Below are positions 7,897-17,648 of a stretch of DNA of 64,000 bases, piece after piece (within the stretch, counting starts at the first letter, position 1; every line of letters starts with the position of its first letter). Origin of the DNA: a virus (taxonomy: Duplodnaviria > Heunggongvirae > Uroviricota > Caudoviricetes > Schitoviridae); the IMG/VR virus record IMGVR_UViG_2595698411_000001, positions 37,241 to 101,240 of that record; one strand, written 5' to 3'. Made by a program: the position numbers and the translations under genes. A model generated the notes under the pieces. That model worked only from the letters and a program-made list of their open reading frames with translations, was not told the DNA's origin and did not search any database.

Positions 7897-9219
7897 ATGA
7901 ACCGTATAGAGCAAAGAAAAGCCTTTGATGAAGCCTTGGCCGCCATGTCGGTCAGTTCCAGTCCTTACTTTAAAGACTATGTGTACTACCTGCACTTAAT
8001 TGCTCTATGCAAAGTGAATTTTAGAGAAGACCTGCAAGCACCTGCAGGTGTCTCTTTTTCAGGCTATGGGTACATTCTTCACATAAACCCTTTGCAGTTT
8101 AATAAACTAGGGATTCCTCATACTCTGGGTGTCTTAAAACATGAAATGGAACATATTTCTCTAGGGCATTTAATCAGGGTAGAAGAACGAGACTTTCGTA
8201 AATTTAATTACGCTGCTGATTGTGCGTTAAATCAGTATATTCAAAAAGACCATTTACCTACATGGGTAATACGACCAGAAAACTACCCTAACAAAGAAGC
8301 CATAAAACATCCTCTCCAAACCGCAGAATTTTACTACGACATGCTAGAAAACGAGGATATGGAAGATGAACAAGAACCACAAGCCGGTAGTGGACAAAGC
8401 GGTGAGCAAGAAGGAGAGAATGACGGCACTGACGGTGATACAAGTCAAGGGCAAAAGCAAGGCCAGTCCGGTAACTCCTCTGAAGATGCTTCTGGTAACG
8501 GTAAACTGGTAGACGACCATGATGTCTGGAAAGAGGGGCAAAATGCAGATCCCGACGCTGTAAGAGAAGTCACTAAAAAAATGGTAGAGAAGGCAGCAGA
8601 AGCTACTACCAAATCTAGAGGTAATTTACCTGCCAATTACAATCAGATAATTGACAACTTATCCCGAGGAAAAGAAGTATCTTGGCAAAAGGTCGTAAAA
8701 AACATTATCGGCAGTAAAAGAGCTAATCGTCGTCGCACTATTAAAAGACGTGACAGACGTAACCCTGGCGCTGAGTGGATAAAAGGCAAAATCGTTAATC
8801 GAATATTTGAACTAGGTGTTATCTCCGACGTTTCTGGTTCAGTAAATGACAACAACCAAAAAGAACTTTGGGGAGAGGTGATCAACGTAGCAAAAACGTT
8901 TGAAACGTCTTTATCCCTAGTTCAAGTGGACACCCAACCTTGTCCGGTTGAAACCTTAACACCTTCTACCACTATGATAAAAAGAAAGGCTTGTGGCGGT
9001 ACCATTCTTCATCCTGCTATTGAGCAGTTTGCCCGCGATAAAATAAAGCCTGACTGTTACCTAGTCACCACTGATGGTTATCTTTCAACCCACGACGTAA
9101 ACAAATTCTTAGAGCCTAATGTTCCTGTTATCTGGCTAATAAACACTGGCGGACAAGTTATGCCAGAAATGAACAAAGGCAAAATGCGAGCAATTCTTTT
9201 AAAAGGCGGCAAAAAATGA
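7897..9219 (+). CDS. VWA-domain protein with N-terminal HExxH metallopeptidase-like domain (DUF2201-like)
   Basis: HEMEHISLGHL is an HExxH motif. The C-terminal DVSGSVND is a VWA MIDAS DxSGS motif. There is an acidic Gly/Gln-rich linker. Confidence 0.65.
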   Translation: MNRIEQRKAFDEALAAMSVSSSPYFKDYVYYLHLIALCKVNFREDLQAPAGVSFSGYGYILHINPLQFNKLGIPHTLGVLKHEMEHISLGHLIRVEERDFRKFNYAADCALNQYIQKDHLPTWVIRPENYPNKEAIKHPLQTAEFYYDMLENEDMEDEQEPQAGSGQSGEQEGENDGTDGDTSQGQKQGQSGNSSEDASGNGKLVDDHDVWKEGQNADPDAVREVTKKMVEKAAEATTKSRGNLPANYNQIIDNLSRGKEVSWQKVVKNIIGSKRANRRRTIKRRDRRNPGAEWIKGKIVNRIFELGVISDVSGSVNDNNQKELWGEVINVAKTFETSLSLVQVDTQPCPVETLTPSTTMIKRKACGGTILHPAIEQFARDKIKPDCYLVTTDGYLSTHDVNKFLEPNVPVIWLINTGGQVMPEMNKGKMRAILLKGGKK

Positions 9220-10523
9220 ATATAAACGAAGCAGTTGAACTTATTGAAGATGCTGATGAAGTAGGTCATGTACCTTTACTTATCGGTGTTCACGGTATCG
9301 GTAAATCTCAAGCACCTAAAGATTACGCAAAGCGTAACAACATGTATTTTGAGCCCCTTATTCTTTCTTTGATGGATACTGGCGACATGCTAGGCCTACC
9401 AAAGGAAAAGACCGTAGGGGGTTTGTCTTCTACTAACTGGTCAGCACCTACGTGGTTCACTAATATCGCAAACGCTGCTTGGCCACAGAATTTTGAACTA
9501 GTGGACCTTCAGTTTAACGACCCAGACTTCCAAAAGACTGCCCTGCAGTATATGGAAACAGAAGGCGTAAACCGAGCGGCTTTAAACGAAGTTTACTGCA
9601 AGTATTACGAAGTCCCTAACGACCGTTTAAGACTGCTCCGTCAAGACAATGTTACTTATAAGAAGGCAAAACGCAGTCTTCTTAACCTGGATGAACTAAA
9701 CCGTGCACATAAAGAAATTCTTGACGCCGGGCTGCAGCTTATCCTAGATCACCGTTTACACGCCCACGAACTTCCTATTGTTAATGGCAAAGAGACATTA
9801 ATAGTGGGTGGTGTAAACCCTGCTGGTGGCGACTACTCTGTAGGTGACTTTGACCCTGCATTTATAGACAGGATCTTAGAAGCCGTAGTAGAGCCTGATT
9901 TAAAAACCTCTATCGATTATTACCGAAACATTAACGTTGAGCCGGTCATTATCGATTTTCTTCAAGAGCACCCTTCAAAGCTGCACTTCTGTCCTGAAGA
10001 CGGTTCTAAAGGTACCTCACCAAGAACGTGGGAGCGTGTAGACCAATACTTAAAAGCAGCAAAAGCAACTAAAAAGTCAAAAGAACGCATCACTCGTTAC
10101 CTTAAAAGCAGCTTAGGTACTTCTGTAGGTATACAGTTTATGGCGTTTTACTCTGACTACGCCTCTGCTTTTAGGTACGACGATTTAGTCGCAGAGCTTA
10201 CTGATATTGTCAACAACAACCCACAACTAGGGAAGCAAGCTCAAGCAGACCTGATTTCAGAAAAAATAGCGTCTTTAGAATCCGTTAAAAGAATGGATTT
10301 TGCAGACTCCTTTATCAAAAACGCTTTCAAAGAAAAGCCCAAGACCGACCCTGAAGTAGCGCTTGTTTACTTTTATGCTCTGCCGTTAGAAAACTTGGCA
10401 GCTGTACTTAAAGCTCTACAAACAGAAGATGTAGTAACGTACGCGCAATTAGCCAAAGTGGACAAACAGCACAACAACAAAAAGCTGTTCATGAAACTAG
10501 TGGGCTATTCCGTAGACAAGTAA
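9216..10523 (+). CDS. AAA+ ATPase (MoxR/CobS-like), partner of the VWA protein
   Basis: Walker A LLIGVHGIGKSQ. The start overlaps the stop of the VWA gene. Confidence 0.6.
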   Translation: MNINEAVELIEDADEVGHVPLLIGVHGIGKSQAPKDYAKRNNMYFEPLILSLMDTGDMLGLPKEKTVGGLSSTNWSAPTWFTNIANAAWPQNFELVDLQFNDPDFQKTALQYMETEGVNRAALNEVYCKYYEVPNDRLRLLRQDNVTYKKAKRSLLNLDELNRAHKEILDAGLQLILDHRLHAHELPIVNGKETLIVGGVNPAGGDYSVGDFDPAFIDRILEAVVEPDLKTSIDYYRNINVEPVIIDFLQEHPSKLHFCPEDGSKGTSPRTWERVDQYLKAAKATKKSKERITRYLKSSLGTSVGIQFMAFYSDYASAFRYDDLVAELTDIVNNNPQLGKQAQADLISEKIASLESVKRMDFADSFIKNAFKEKPKTDPEVALVYFYALPLENLAAVLKALQTEDVVTYAQLAKVDKQHNNKKLFMKLVGYSVDK

Positions 10524-10551
10524 TTCAATCTCAACAAAGTAAGGAAATACC

Positions 10552-12561
10552 ATGCATTTTGGTGATTTTAAACAAGCGATACAACAACAGTTCAAGACTA
10601 TGAACCCTGAAGCAATGTTTGTAGTCGACGTAACAAAAGAACAGCTGTGGGATACGTATCTTGCGTCGTTCCCTGAAGGTTCTAACCCAATTTACCGTGA
10701 GCGTACCGAACACGACTGTAACTGCTGCAAACAGTTTATCCGCAACATCGGTGCACTAGTTTCTGTTGTCGACGACAAAGTAGTAAGCATCTGGGACATC
10801 GATATTGACGGTGCGTACAAAGTAGTTGCTAATGCGATGAAAGAGCTGATTCTATCAGCGCCTATCAAGCAAATTTACCTTAACGACTCTGCAAAAGTCG
10901 GTACAGACCACAACTTTGAAGATCAAGGCGACAAAGTGCGTCAGTGGGATCATTTCTTCTTAGAAATTCCTTCAAGCATGACGATGCGTAAAGACCGTAT
11001 TGCTACACGCGTAGGTCAAGTTAACACAAACTTTTCTACAACTACACGAGCTCTTACTTCTCTAAGTATGAGCGCTTGTGCGACTGTTCGTGACTTAATC
11101 ATGCAAAACAGTCTTTATCGCGGTGAAGAGCACTTAGACAAAGTAAATGCGTTTATGAACACTCTTCGCGAGTACCGCAGTCTTGAAACAGATGAAAAAC
11201 GCACTTTATTCTGCTGGGTTCACGCAAAGCAAAACGGTATTGCATCAACTTTCCGTAATTCGGTTATCGGCACTTTAATTGATGATATTTCTGAAGGCTT
11301 TGACCTAGAAGACGCTGTAGCCTCATTTGAGTCAAAAGTTGCGCCTCATAACTACAAACGCAGCAAAGCGCTTATTACCCCTGCGATGGTCAAAAAAGCA
11401 AACGAAACGATCCAAGAACTAGGTATCGAAAGTGCACTGCACCGTCGTATGGCTAAACTTAGCGACATCACAATTAACAACGTACTCTTTGCAGACGACT
11501 CTGTTAAAGAAAGTATGGGTGTTCTTGATGTGCTTAACTCTCAAGTTAAAAACAAAACGCCTAAAGAGTTTAAAAACGTAGAAGAAGTGTCTGTTGAGAA
11601 ATTTATCAAAGATATTCTTCCTAACGCGACTTCTATGGATTTATTCCTAGAAAACGAACATTTGCCAAACTTCGTTAACCTTATTACGCCTGCAGATGCC
11701 GATGCACCTAACATTCTTAAATGGGATAACAACTTCTCTTGGTCTTACGTATCGGGCACTACTGATTCGGTAAAAGAGCGAGTGAAAAAAGCTGGTGGTA
11801 ATGTTAGCGGTGACCTTCGTTTGTCTCTTGCGTGGCATAACGGCGATGATCTAGACCTTTCGTTACGTCTTCCTTCTGGCCGTATAGTGTATTACGGAAA
11901 CAGCAGAGACTCTGTTACCGGCGCAAACCTAGACGTTGACATGAACGCAGGTACAGTAGACGATGAAGTAAACCCTGTTGAAAACATCGTTATCCCTAGA
12001 GCAGCTAATATGCCTAAAGGTATTTATACAGCGGTTGTTCACAACTTTACTTCTCGTGACAGTAAAAACCCGGGCTATGAAGTAGAGTTTGAGTTCTTAG
12101 GTAAAATAATGACGTTTACTCAAGAACACCCTGTACGTCAAAACCAAAAAGACGTTGTAGTAGAGTTTGAATACAACGGTACTGACGTACGTGTATTATC
12201 ATCGTTACCGTCAACTACTCGATCAAAAGAGCAGTGGGGCGTGTCTACTCAGAACTTTGTTCCTGTAGATTCTGTAATGTTGTCTCCAAACTACTGGGAC
12301 GACCAGAAAGTCGGCAACAAGCATTACTTCTTTATGTTGAAAGAATGTGCTAATCCTAATCCTGTGCGCGGCTTGTATAACGAGTTCTTGTCTAATGAGT
12401 TACAAGAGCATCGTAAAGTATTTGAAGTCTTAGGTGCTAACCTACAGGCCGAATCAACGCCTTCACAACTAGCGGGGATTGGTTTCTCTTCTACCTTGAG
12501 AAACTCTGTCATCTGCCGTGTGAAAGGTGCCTTTAACCGTACCATCAAAATCAAGTTTTAA
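10552..12561 (+). CDS. large hypothetical protein (669 aa)
   Basis: Long uninterrupted ORF with no motif I could recognise. Confidence 0.6.
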   Translation: MHFGDFKQAIQQQFKTMNPEAMFVVDVTKEQLWDTYLASFPEGSNPIYRERTEHDCNCCKQFIRNIGALVSVVDDKVVSIWDIDIDGAYKVVANAMKELILSAPIKQIYLNDSAKVGTDHNFEDQGDKVRQWDHFFLEIPSSMTMRKDRIATRVGQVNTNFSTTTRALTSLSMSACATVRDLIMQNSLYRGEEHLDKVNAFMNTLREYRSLETDEKRTLFCWVHAKQNGIASTFRNSVIGTLIDDISEGFDLEDAVASFESKVAPHNYKRSKALITPAMVKKANETIQELGIESALHRRMAKLSDITINNVLFADDSVKESMGVLDVLNSQVKNKTPKEFKNVEEVSVEKFIKDILPNATSMDLFLENEHLPNFVNLITPADADAPNILKWDNNFSWSYVSGTTDSVKERVKKAGGNVSGDLRLSLAWHNGDDLDLSLRLPSGRIVYYGNSRDSVTGANLDVDMNAGTVDDEVNPVENIVIPRAANMPKGIYTAVVHNFTSRDSKNPGYEVEFEFLGKIMTFTQEHPVRQNQKDVVVEFEYNGTDVRVLSSLPSTTRSKEQWGVSTQNFVPVDSVMLSPNYWDDQKVGNKHYFFMLKECANPNPVRGLYNEFLSNELQEHRKVFEVLGANLQAESTPSQLAGIGFSSTLRNSVICRVKGAFNRTIKIKF

Positions 12562-12570
12562 GGAACAAAC

Positions 12571-12954
12571 ATGTTTGAAAAAGCATCTCGAATTAAACTG
12601 CGGTTCTCTACCCCAAAAGGCGAGATTACCGTAGAGCGCCTGTGGGATTTACCTCTTAAATCTCCTACAGGCATGAGCCTTGACGCTTTGGCTATCCAAA
12701 GCAACAAGAAAATTAAAGAGTCTGAAGAGTTCAGCTTTGTTGATGAAGTTCAAAAAGACTCTGTTGAGTGCCTGCGCTTAGATATTCTTAAGCACATCAT
12801 TCAAGTTAAGCAAGCTGAAAATAAAGCTGCGCGTGAAGCTAGTGAGATCAAGGCCGAGCGTCAACGTTTGTTAGAAATCATTGCTAAGAAGAAGCATGAA
12901 GCTGACGCTGACTTAAGCATTGAAGAGCTTAGCAAAAAACTAGACAGCCTGTAG
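12571..12954 (+). CDS. hypothetical protein (coiled-coil C-terminus)
   Basis: 127-aa ORF. Confidence 0.5.
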   Translation: MFEKASRIKLRFSTPKGEITVERLWDLPLKSPTGMSLDALAIQSNKKIKESEEFSFVDEVQKDSVECLRLDILKHIIQVKQAENKAAREASEIKAERQRLLEIIAKKKHEADADLSIEELSKKLDSL

Positions 12955-12961
12955 GTTTATC

Positions 12962-13249
12962 ATGACTAACGACGAGAAATTGCAGGTTGTTGATGCGTAC
13001 CTTAAAGGCGAGACTATCGAAATGATGGACTCCCGCGGTCAATGGAAAGAAGTGTGCTTTAAGCAAAACAATCCTATAATCAACAATCTTGCGGTTTTTC
13101 GCGTTAAACCTGATTTTGTAGAGGCTCTTTACGAAACTTATGTAAAACAACTAAAGCTGCAGGGTACACCACCCTTAATATTTGACGAGTTTAAACTTGT
13201 TTACGGCGTAATAGAACCTTACATCAAAATGGAGGCGAGTAATGATTAA
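12962..13249 (+). CDS. hypothetical protein
   Basis: 95-aa ORF. Confidence 0.45.
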   Translation: MTNDEKLQVVDAYLKGETIEMMDSRGQWKEVCFKQNNPIINNLAVFRVKPDFVEALYETYVKQLKLQGTPPLIFDEFKLVYGVIEPYIKMEASND

Positions 13250-13514
13250 GCAAGACTTTGGATGGGCAGTAAATGCTATCAAAAAAGGCAAAAAAGCAAC
13301 CCGATCGGTGTGGGATGATAAAGACACTTTTATCTTCCTAGTTCCGGGGTCAAGTTTTAGCGTTAACGATTCTCCATTATCTAATGTTTATCCGCAAGGC
13401 ACTAAAATTGACTATACTCCGCATATCGACATGAAAACCGGAGGTGGTCCTGTAACACCATGGTCACCAAAGCAAGTAGACCTTCTTGCAGAAGACTGGG
13501 AACTAGTGCCCTAA
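13242..13514 (+). CDS. DUF2829-family small protein (Tad2-like candidate anti-Thoeris sponge)
   Basis: FGWAVNAIKKGKKATRSVWDDKDTFIFLVPG...YTPHIDMKTGGGPVTPWSPKQVDLLAEDWELV matches the DUF2829 signature as I remember it: (A/E)xKxGKKxxRxxW ... MKT ... PW..SQ.D.LAEDW. Confidence 0.5.
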   Translation: MIKQDFGWAVNAIKKGKKATRSVWDDKDTFIFLVPGSSFSVNDSPLSNVYPQGTKIDYTPHIDMKTGGGPVTPWSPKQVDLLAEDWELVP

Positions 13515-13532
13515 CCGTTTCAGGAGGACAGC

Positions 13533-14033
13533 GTGAAAGTTGATTGGAAACAAGTAGCCAGTTCTCCTGGCTATAAAAGTCTTAAAGCTGCTCTTGTTAG
13601 AGACATTGGTGGTAACCGCCGTAACATGTCAGGACGCAGCAAAGAAGAAATGTACGCCCGGTTTAACTGGATTATTGCTCGTGCCCAGCATTACGCGCAT
13701 GTGCAGAATAGGCCTTTATCCAGCATCTTAAACGAATGGGAAGACAAAAGATCTTCTTGGTGGTTTGGGCACTACGCTGAATCATCGCACCCTAAACTAG
13801 GTTCAGGAAAGCCTAAAAACGTAAAACCTCAGTCAATGCGGAATTACTACAAAACTGATCCTTGGTTGAGGCGTAAGTCTCCTAAAGAACGTTTTAAGCA
13901 AATACGCAACACTAAGACTAGAGAGGCCAAATTTAATAGAGAGCACAGGCTAGGTAAAAAACCTAGGTGGTCTCCAGACCGTAAACGTATAAACGCTACG
14001 TACAGACGAATCAAACGACAAGAAAATCTGTAA
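13533..14033 (+). CDS. hypothetical basic protein (Arg/Lys-rich C-terminus, likely nucleic-acid binding)
   Basis: 166 aa. The C-terminal 70 residues are strongly basic. Confidence 0.5.
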   Translation: MKVDWKQVASSPGYKSLKAALVRDIGGNRRNMSGRSKEEMYARFNWIIARAQHYAHVQNRPLSSILNEWEDKRSSWWFGHYAESSHPKLGSGKPKNVKPQSMRNYYKTDPWLRRKSPKERFKQIRNTKTREAKFNREHRLGKKPRWSPDRKRINATYRRIKRQENL

Positions 14034-14426
14034 GCTGGTTGCCTGAAAGGAAAAGCATTACTAGAAGCAAGTTGTGTTGTGGAAAGTTACTTGCAAAGTA
14101 CTGGAGAGAATCGGGGAGGTTCAGCTAAACACAAATAATGCTGAAATATCCGATCAGAGGAAGACCTCATAAACATCTTATCAACATGCCTTTGAGGCTA
14201 ACGTGATAACAGTTCAACTAGCAGGGCTGATAAGATACCAATTTAACACGCCGTAAGCCTTACCCGACAAGTACACCAGCGGGATGATGTGTACAGGCTG
14301 CCGGAAGGAAAAGGGGAAATGTAGACGTGCCATGATCCGCAATGGCTGGAAACTACACTAGGTTGCTGATACACGTTATACCAGCAAAACCGGTACGGCG
14401 TACCTCACTTAATTAAGGAGTGTCTT

Positions 14427-14609
14427 ATGGACATGAAATATTTTAACTACGAGCATTTGCCTGAAAAGTTACAAAAAGTAAGTAAACCAATTGGCGACTT
14501 AGCACGTCAAATGGATAAGGATTTACCTGAAGGCGCAGAAAAAAGTGCCGGTATGCGTAAATTACTTGAAGCGAAAGACTGCATGGTGCGAGCTGCATTA
14601 AGTCAATAA
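14427..14609 (+). CDS. small hypothetical protein
   Basis: 60-aa ORF whose ATG is preceded by AAGGAG. Confidence 0.4.
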   Translation: MDMKYFNYEHLPEKLQKVSKPIGDLARQMDKDLPEGAEKSAGMRKLLEAKDCMVRAALSQ

Positions 14610-14622
14610 ATGTGTTGTTAGT

Positions 14623-14657
14623 CGACAACTTAGCCGCTGTTAGCGGAAGTCGTTTTT
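14623..14657 (+). terminator. rho-independent terminator
   Basis: Imperfect hairpin CGACAACTTAGCCGC-tgtt-AGCGGAAGTCG followed by TTTTT. Confidence 0.5.
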
Positions 14658-16225
14658 AGGTACACGGTGTACTAAGTGGGTTCAATTCCCGCCGTGTGTA
14701 ATTTGTGTGCAGGCCTGCGGGCAGATTACATACGCTTGTCTGGTGCAAGGTTAAGAGGTAAAACTACCGGTTCGAGTCCGGTCGCCTAAAAGCGCAACCC
14801 AATTAAACAAGACAACGCGGCAGCATGTCGCCGCTCCGCCCATGCTGCGTTGTTAGTGCCGGTGAGGTGACGAACTCACTGTAATAAATCGTCCCTGTGC
14901 GCAACTGCTAGCGCAAGGCACACAGGCCAATCATCCCTTTATGGGGTGTTTTGGAGATACGTTTACAGCAACTTGTTTTTAACCAGTTGTTATTATGTGG
15001 GCCATAGTCAGTAGACGTATCTGCCAAAACATATTTGAACTAGGATCAGCCATGCCTGAAAACAAAAAGCTTTATCCCGGTATACACACGCCGTGCTATC
15101 CAGGCAAGTTTGTACTATCAAAAGACGAAGTCTCAGGATACATCCTTACAAATCCTATGATGGTTTCTATAGCTGCACATCAAATTAATAGCTTTATACG
15201 TAACTGTATAGCTGTCAAAGGAGACATTAACAATGAATAAATGGATCAGCGTTAAAAATAAGCTTCCTCCAAAAAACGTTACCGTCATTGGCAAGTTTCC
15301 TAGCATGTATCGCAATGTTCCTTATCACGTATCTGACTGCCATTATGATGGTGCTTGGAAAATGCACGGCAATGACTCAGTGCACGACACGTATGCCAAT
15401 GATCCTGTTGCGTGGCAACCGATGGAAGACTCCGATGACCATACTGATTAGAGTAAAACGCAAATGCGATGGAGAAACCGGAGTCGTTAAAAACGCTAGA
15501 GGAACTAGTGACGGTTTAGAGTGGTTAACGGTCGTGTTTGACAGAAACTTGCCAATAGCCCGAAACGTACGGCTATCTCATTTTGAAATACTTTCTGTAG
15601 AACAGAGCAAATGAATAAAACACTTTAGGGTGTTTTGTAGAGGTGTCTGCATTCTATTAACCATAGTTATGCTGACAGTCACAAATAAGCCGCAGGCACT
15701 TCTAACAAAATACCTTTTACGGCGCTTGGAGAAACCGACGGGTGGATCTGGTACAGAATCGATTAACGAGGTTCGAGTCCTCGGAGCGCCAACTTTTACA
15801 ACGTATCGTTCCTGCCGATTGCCCATCTATTGAAAATGACGCAGTTAAATCTTAAATCTGTACGAGATGGGTACAGACAGCATCGTGAGAGATGCAACGA
15901 TACACCTTTTTCCATCCCCAACGTGAGCCGCGCTGTATCTAGTGGTCTTACTCCTATTCGCGATAAGGGTTTAAGAAAGCTAGAATACACGTACATGGGA
16001 AGGCTCAGGTCCAGTTAATTACTTGACTAGGAGGTTCGAATCCTTCCTTTGGGGACCACTTTTTCAAACGGGATAGTTCTCTGCAGCTTTGGTTGCTGGT
16101 GCATCAGCGCCTTAGCCAAGAAATTGGTATGAGAAGAAAACACCGTCTTATTTATTGTGAAATGCAAATAGCGTAAGTAAGCCTGTGGAGTGAGAGTCGA
16201 TATCTCCTATCCTGTCCCCTTTAAC

Positions 16226-16301
16226 GCCCCTATAGCTCAGCGTGTAGAGCAGACGACTCATAATCGTTAGGTCACTGGTTCAAATCCGGTTAGGGGCACC
16301 A
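16226..16301 (+). tRNA. tRNA-Met(CAU): tRNA-Met (anticodon CAU; could be initiator, elongator or lysidine-type Ile)
   Basis: Hand-folded cloverleaf. Acceptor GCCCCTA/TAGGGGC, D-arm GCTC-AGCGTGTA-GAGC, anticodon arm GACGA-CTCATAA-TCGTT with anticodon CAT, T-arm ACTGG-TTCAAAT-CCGGT, discriminator A, and an encoded CCA. Confidence 0.85.
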
Positions 16302-16483
16302 TTTCAATGGGGTATTAGCAGACGTCTAAAGCGCTGGGTAGACTGGTGTATGCCAATGCCCAGAACGGGTAACTACGTAGTCCCGTATACTCCACCATTT
16401 AGCTGGCCCATTGCGTAGCGCGTGGCGTCATTAAAACGTCAGTACTAAAACAAGTACCAGCCAGCAATTTTTAAGGAATCGTT

Positions 16484-16882
16484 ATGGAACAAGAATACAA
16501 CACCATTAAAAAGTTTTACGGCGATAAAACGGCAAAACGCTCTGGTGTACCTTTAATGAACCACATAGACGAAGGCCTTGAAATACTAAAAAGTCTTAAC
16601 GCCTCTCAAACAGAACTAGCGGCGTTTTGCCTCCACCCGATAGTACAGAACAGCGAAGATGTAGATTTTGTTACTTCTATGTCTGTTTTGAAATTAGCTG
16701 AAGAATACCGCGATAAAGCTAACGCTTACCTATGCCGACCAGAAAACGATAATATCCTGTTTACAGAGCAGCTTACCCCTAAACTAGATGGCGGTATGTC
16801 CTTGTCTTGTCGTCGCCTGTTATTTGCCGATAAAGTCCAAAACCAGAAAGACTTTTTTAATTTATCACGCATCTACTCATGA
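16484..16882 (+). CDS. hypothetical protein
   Basis: 132-aa ORF. Confidence 0.5.
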   Translation: MEQEYNTIKKFYGDKTAKRSGVPLMNHIDEGLEILKSLNASQTELAAFCLHPIVQNSEDVDFVTSMSVLKLAEEYRDKANAYLCRPENDNILFTEQLTPKLDGGMSLSCRRLLFADKVQNQKDFFNLSRIYS

Positions 16883-16975
16883 CCGCAGACGCAACTTGCG
16901 GCTTTACTTTAATTTATGGCTAGTTTACTTATCAAATGATCAATTCTTTGACGGGTCTTTAGTCAGGAAAGCGTT

Positions 16976-17278
16976 ATGACAGATTCTTACCACTACTGGC
17001 TGTTTACTGATGAAGGTTATAATCAACTAGTCCTTATATGCACGATTGTCTTTGCTATTATTTTTTTAGGGCTGGCCGGTTACTTTCATTACAACCGCAA
17101 TTACGTAGAAAGAAATACTTTTTTTAACTGTATATTCATATCTCCTGTTATTGGCGCCTTTTTTCCAGCAATAGCGATGATGTGCGTAGCAGCAGCGGCA
17201 ATGTATTTGTTTTATCGAATTTGCATATCTCTCTTTCTTTTTGTAATGCCCCAAAAACCGCTAAACAAGACAAAGTAG
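16976..17278 (+). CDS. small membrane protein (2-3 TM helices)
   Basis: Hydrophobic helices LVLICTIVFAIIFLGLAGYF and ISPVIGAFFPAIAMMCVAAAAMYLFY. Confidence 0.45.
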   Translation: MTDSYHYWLFTDEGYNQLVLICTIVFAIIFLGLAGYFHYNRNYVERNTFFNCIFISPVIGAFFPAIAMMCVAAAAMYLFYRICISLFLFVMPQKPLNKTK

Positions 17279-17285
17279 GACAATC

Positions 17286-17648
17286 ATGAATAAAGGCGTA
17301 AAAATAGGACTTTCTTTTTTAGCTTTGGGAGGAGTTCTCTCATTGACAGGTAATGTGCTTGAAGTCTTTAAAAAAAGAACAGCAGAGCAGCTGTATCAAG
17401 AAAAACTGGCTCAAGCGGTCTCAGAAGCCTCACATGCGCGTTTAGTTTGCCGTTTAGATCGTTCTAACCAAGAATTAAAACGTCTTAAAGAAGCGATGAA
17501 AAGCGACAACCCTGCCGCTACTTACCAAACACTAGAAATTTTTCCTTTTGACGCGTGTAGTGAAAACGTCGCTGAAAAAGAATTGGCTGTATCTAAACTA
17601 CAAGAGTTTAAAAATCACTACGTAGGGCAGATCAAAAAAAGCTTGTAA
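17286..17648 (+). CDS. secreted/periplasmic protein (signal peptide)
   Basis: MNKGVKIGLSFLALGGVLSLTGNV signal-like N-terminus; 120 aa. Confidence 0.45.
   Translation: MNKGVKIGLSFLALGGVLSLTGNVLEVFKKRTAEQLYQEKLAQAVSEASHARLVCRLDRSNQELKRLKEAMKSDNPAATYQTLEIFPFDACSENVAEKELAVSKLQEFKNHYVGQIKKSL

Noticed and set aside
14661-14700. tRNA 3' half (GTGGG-TTCAATT-CCCGC + CGTGTGTA).
   Set aside because: The required 5' acceptor strand (ACACACG-like) is absent in the 60-95 nt upstream. Only a 6-bp local hairpin (ACACGG/CCGTGT) forms.
15721-15791. Putative 71-nt tRNA with acceptor GGCGCTT/GAGCGCC and a perfect T-arm.
   Set aside because: No 5-bp anticodon stem with a 7-nt loop can be formed from the internal 37 nt in any register. 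It is kept only as a tRNA-like element in the findings.
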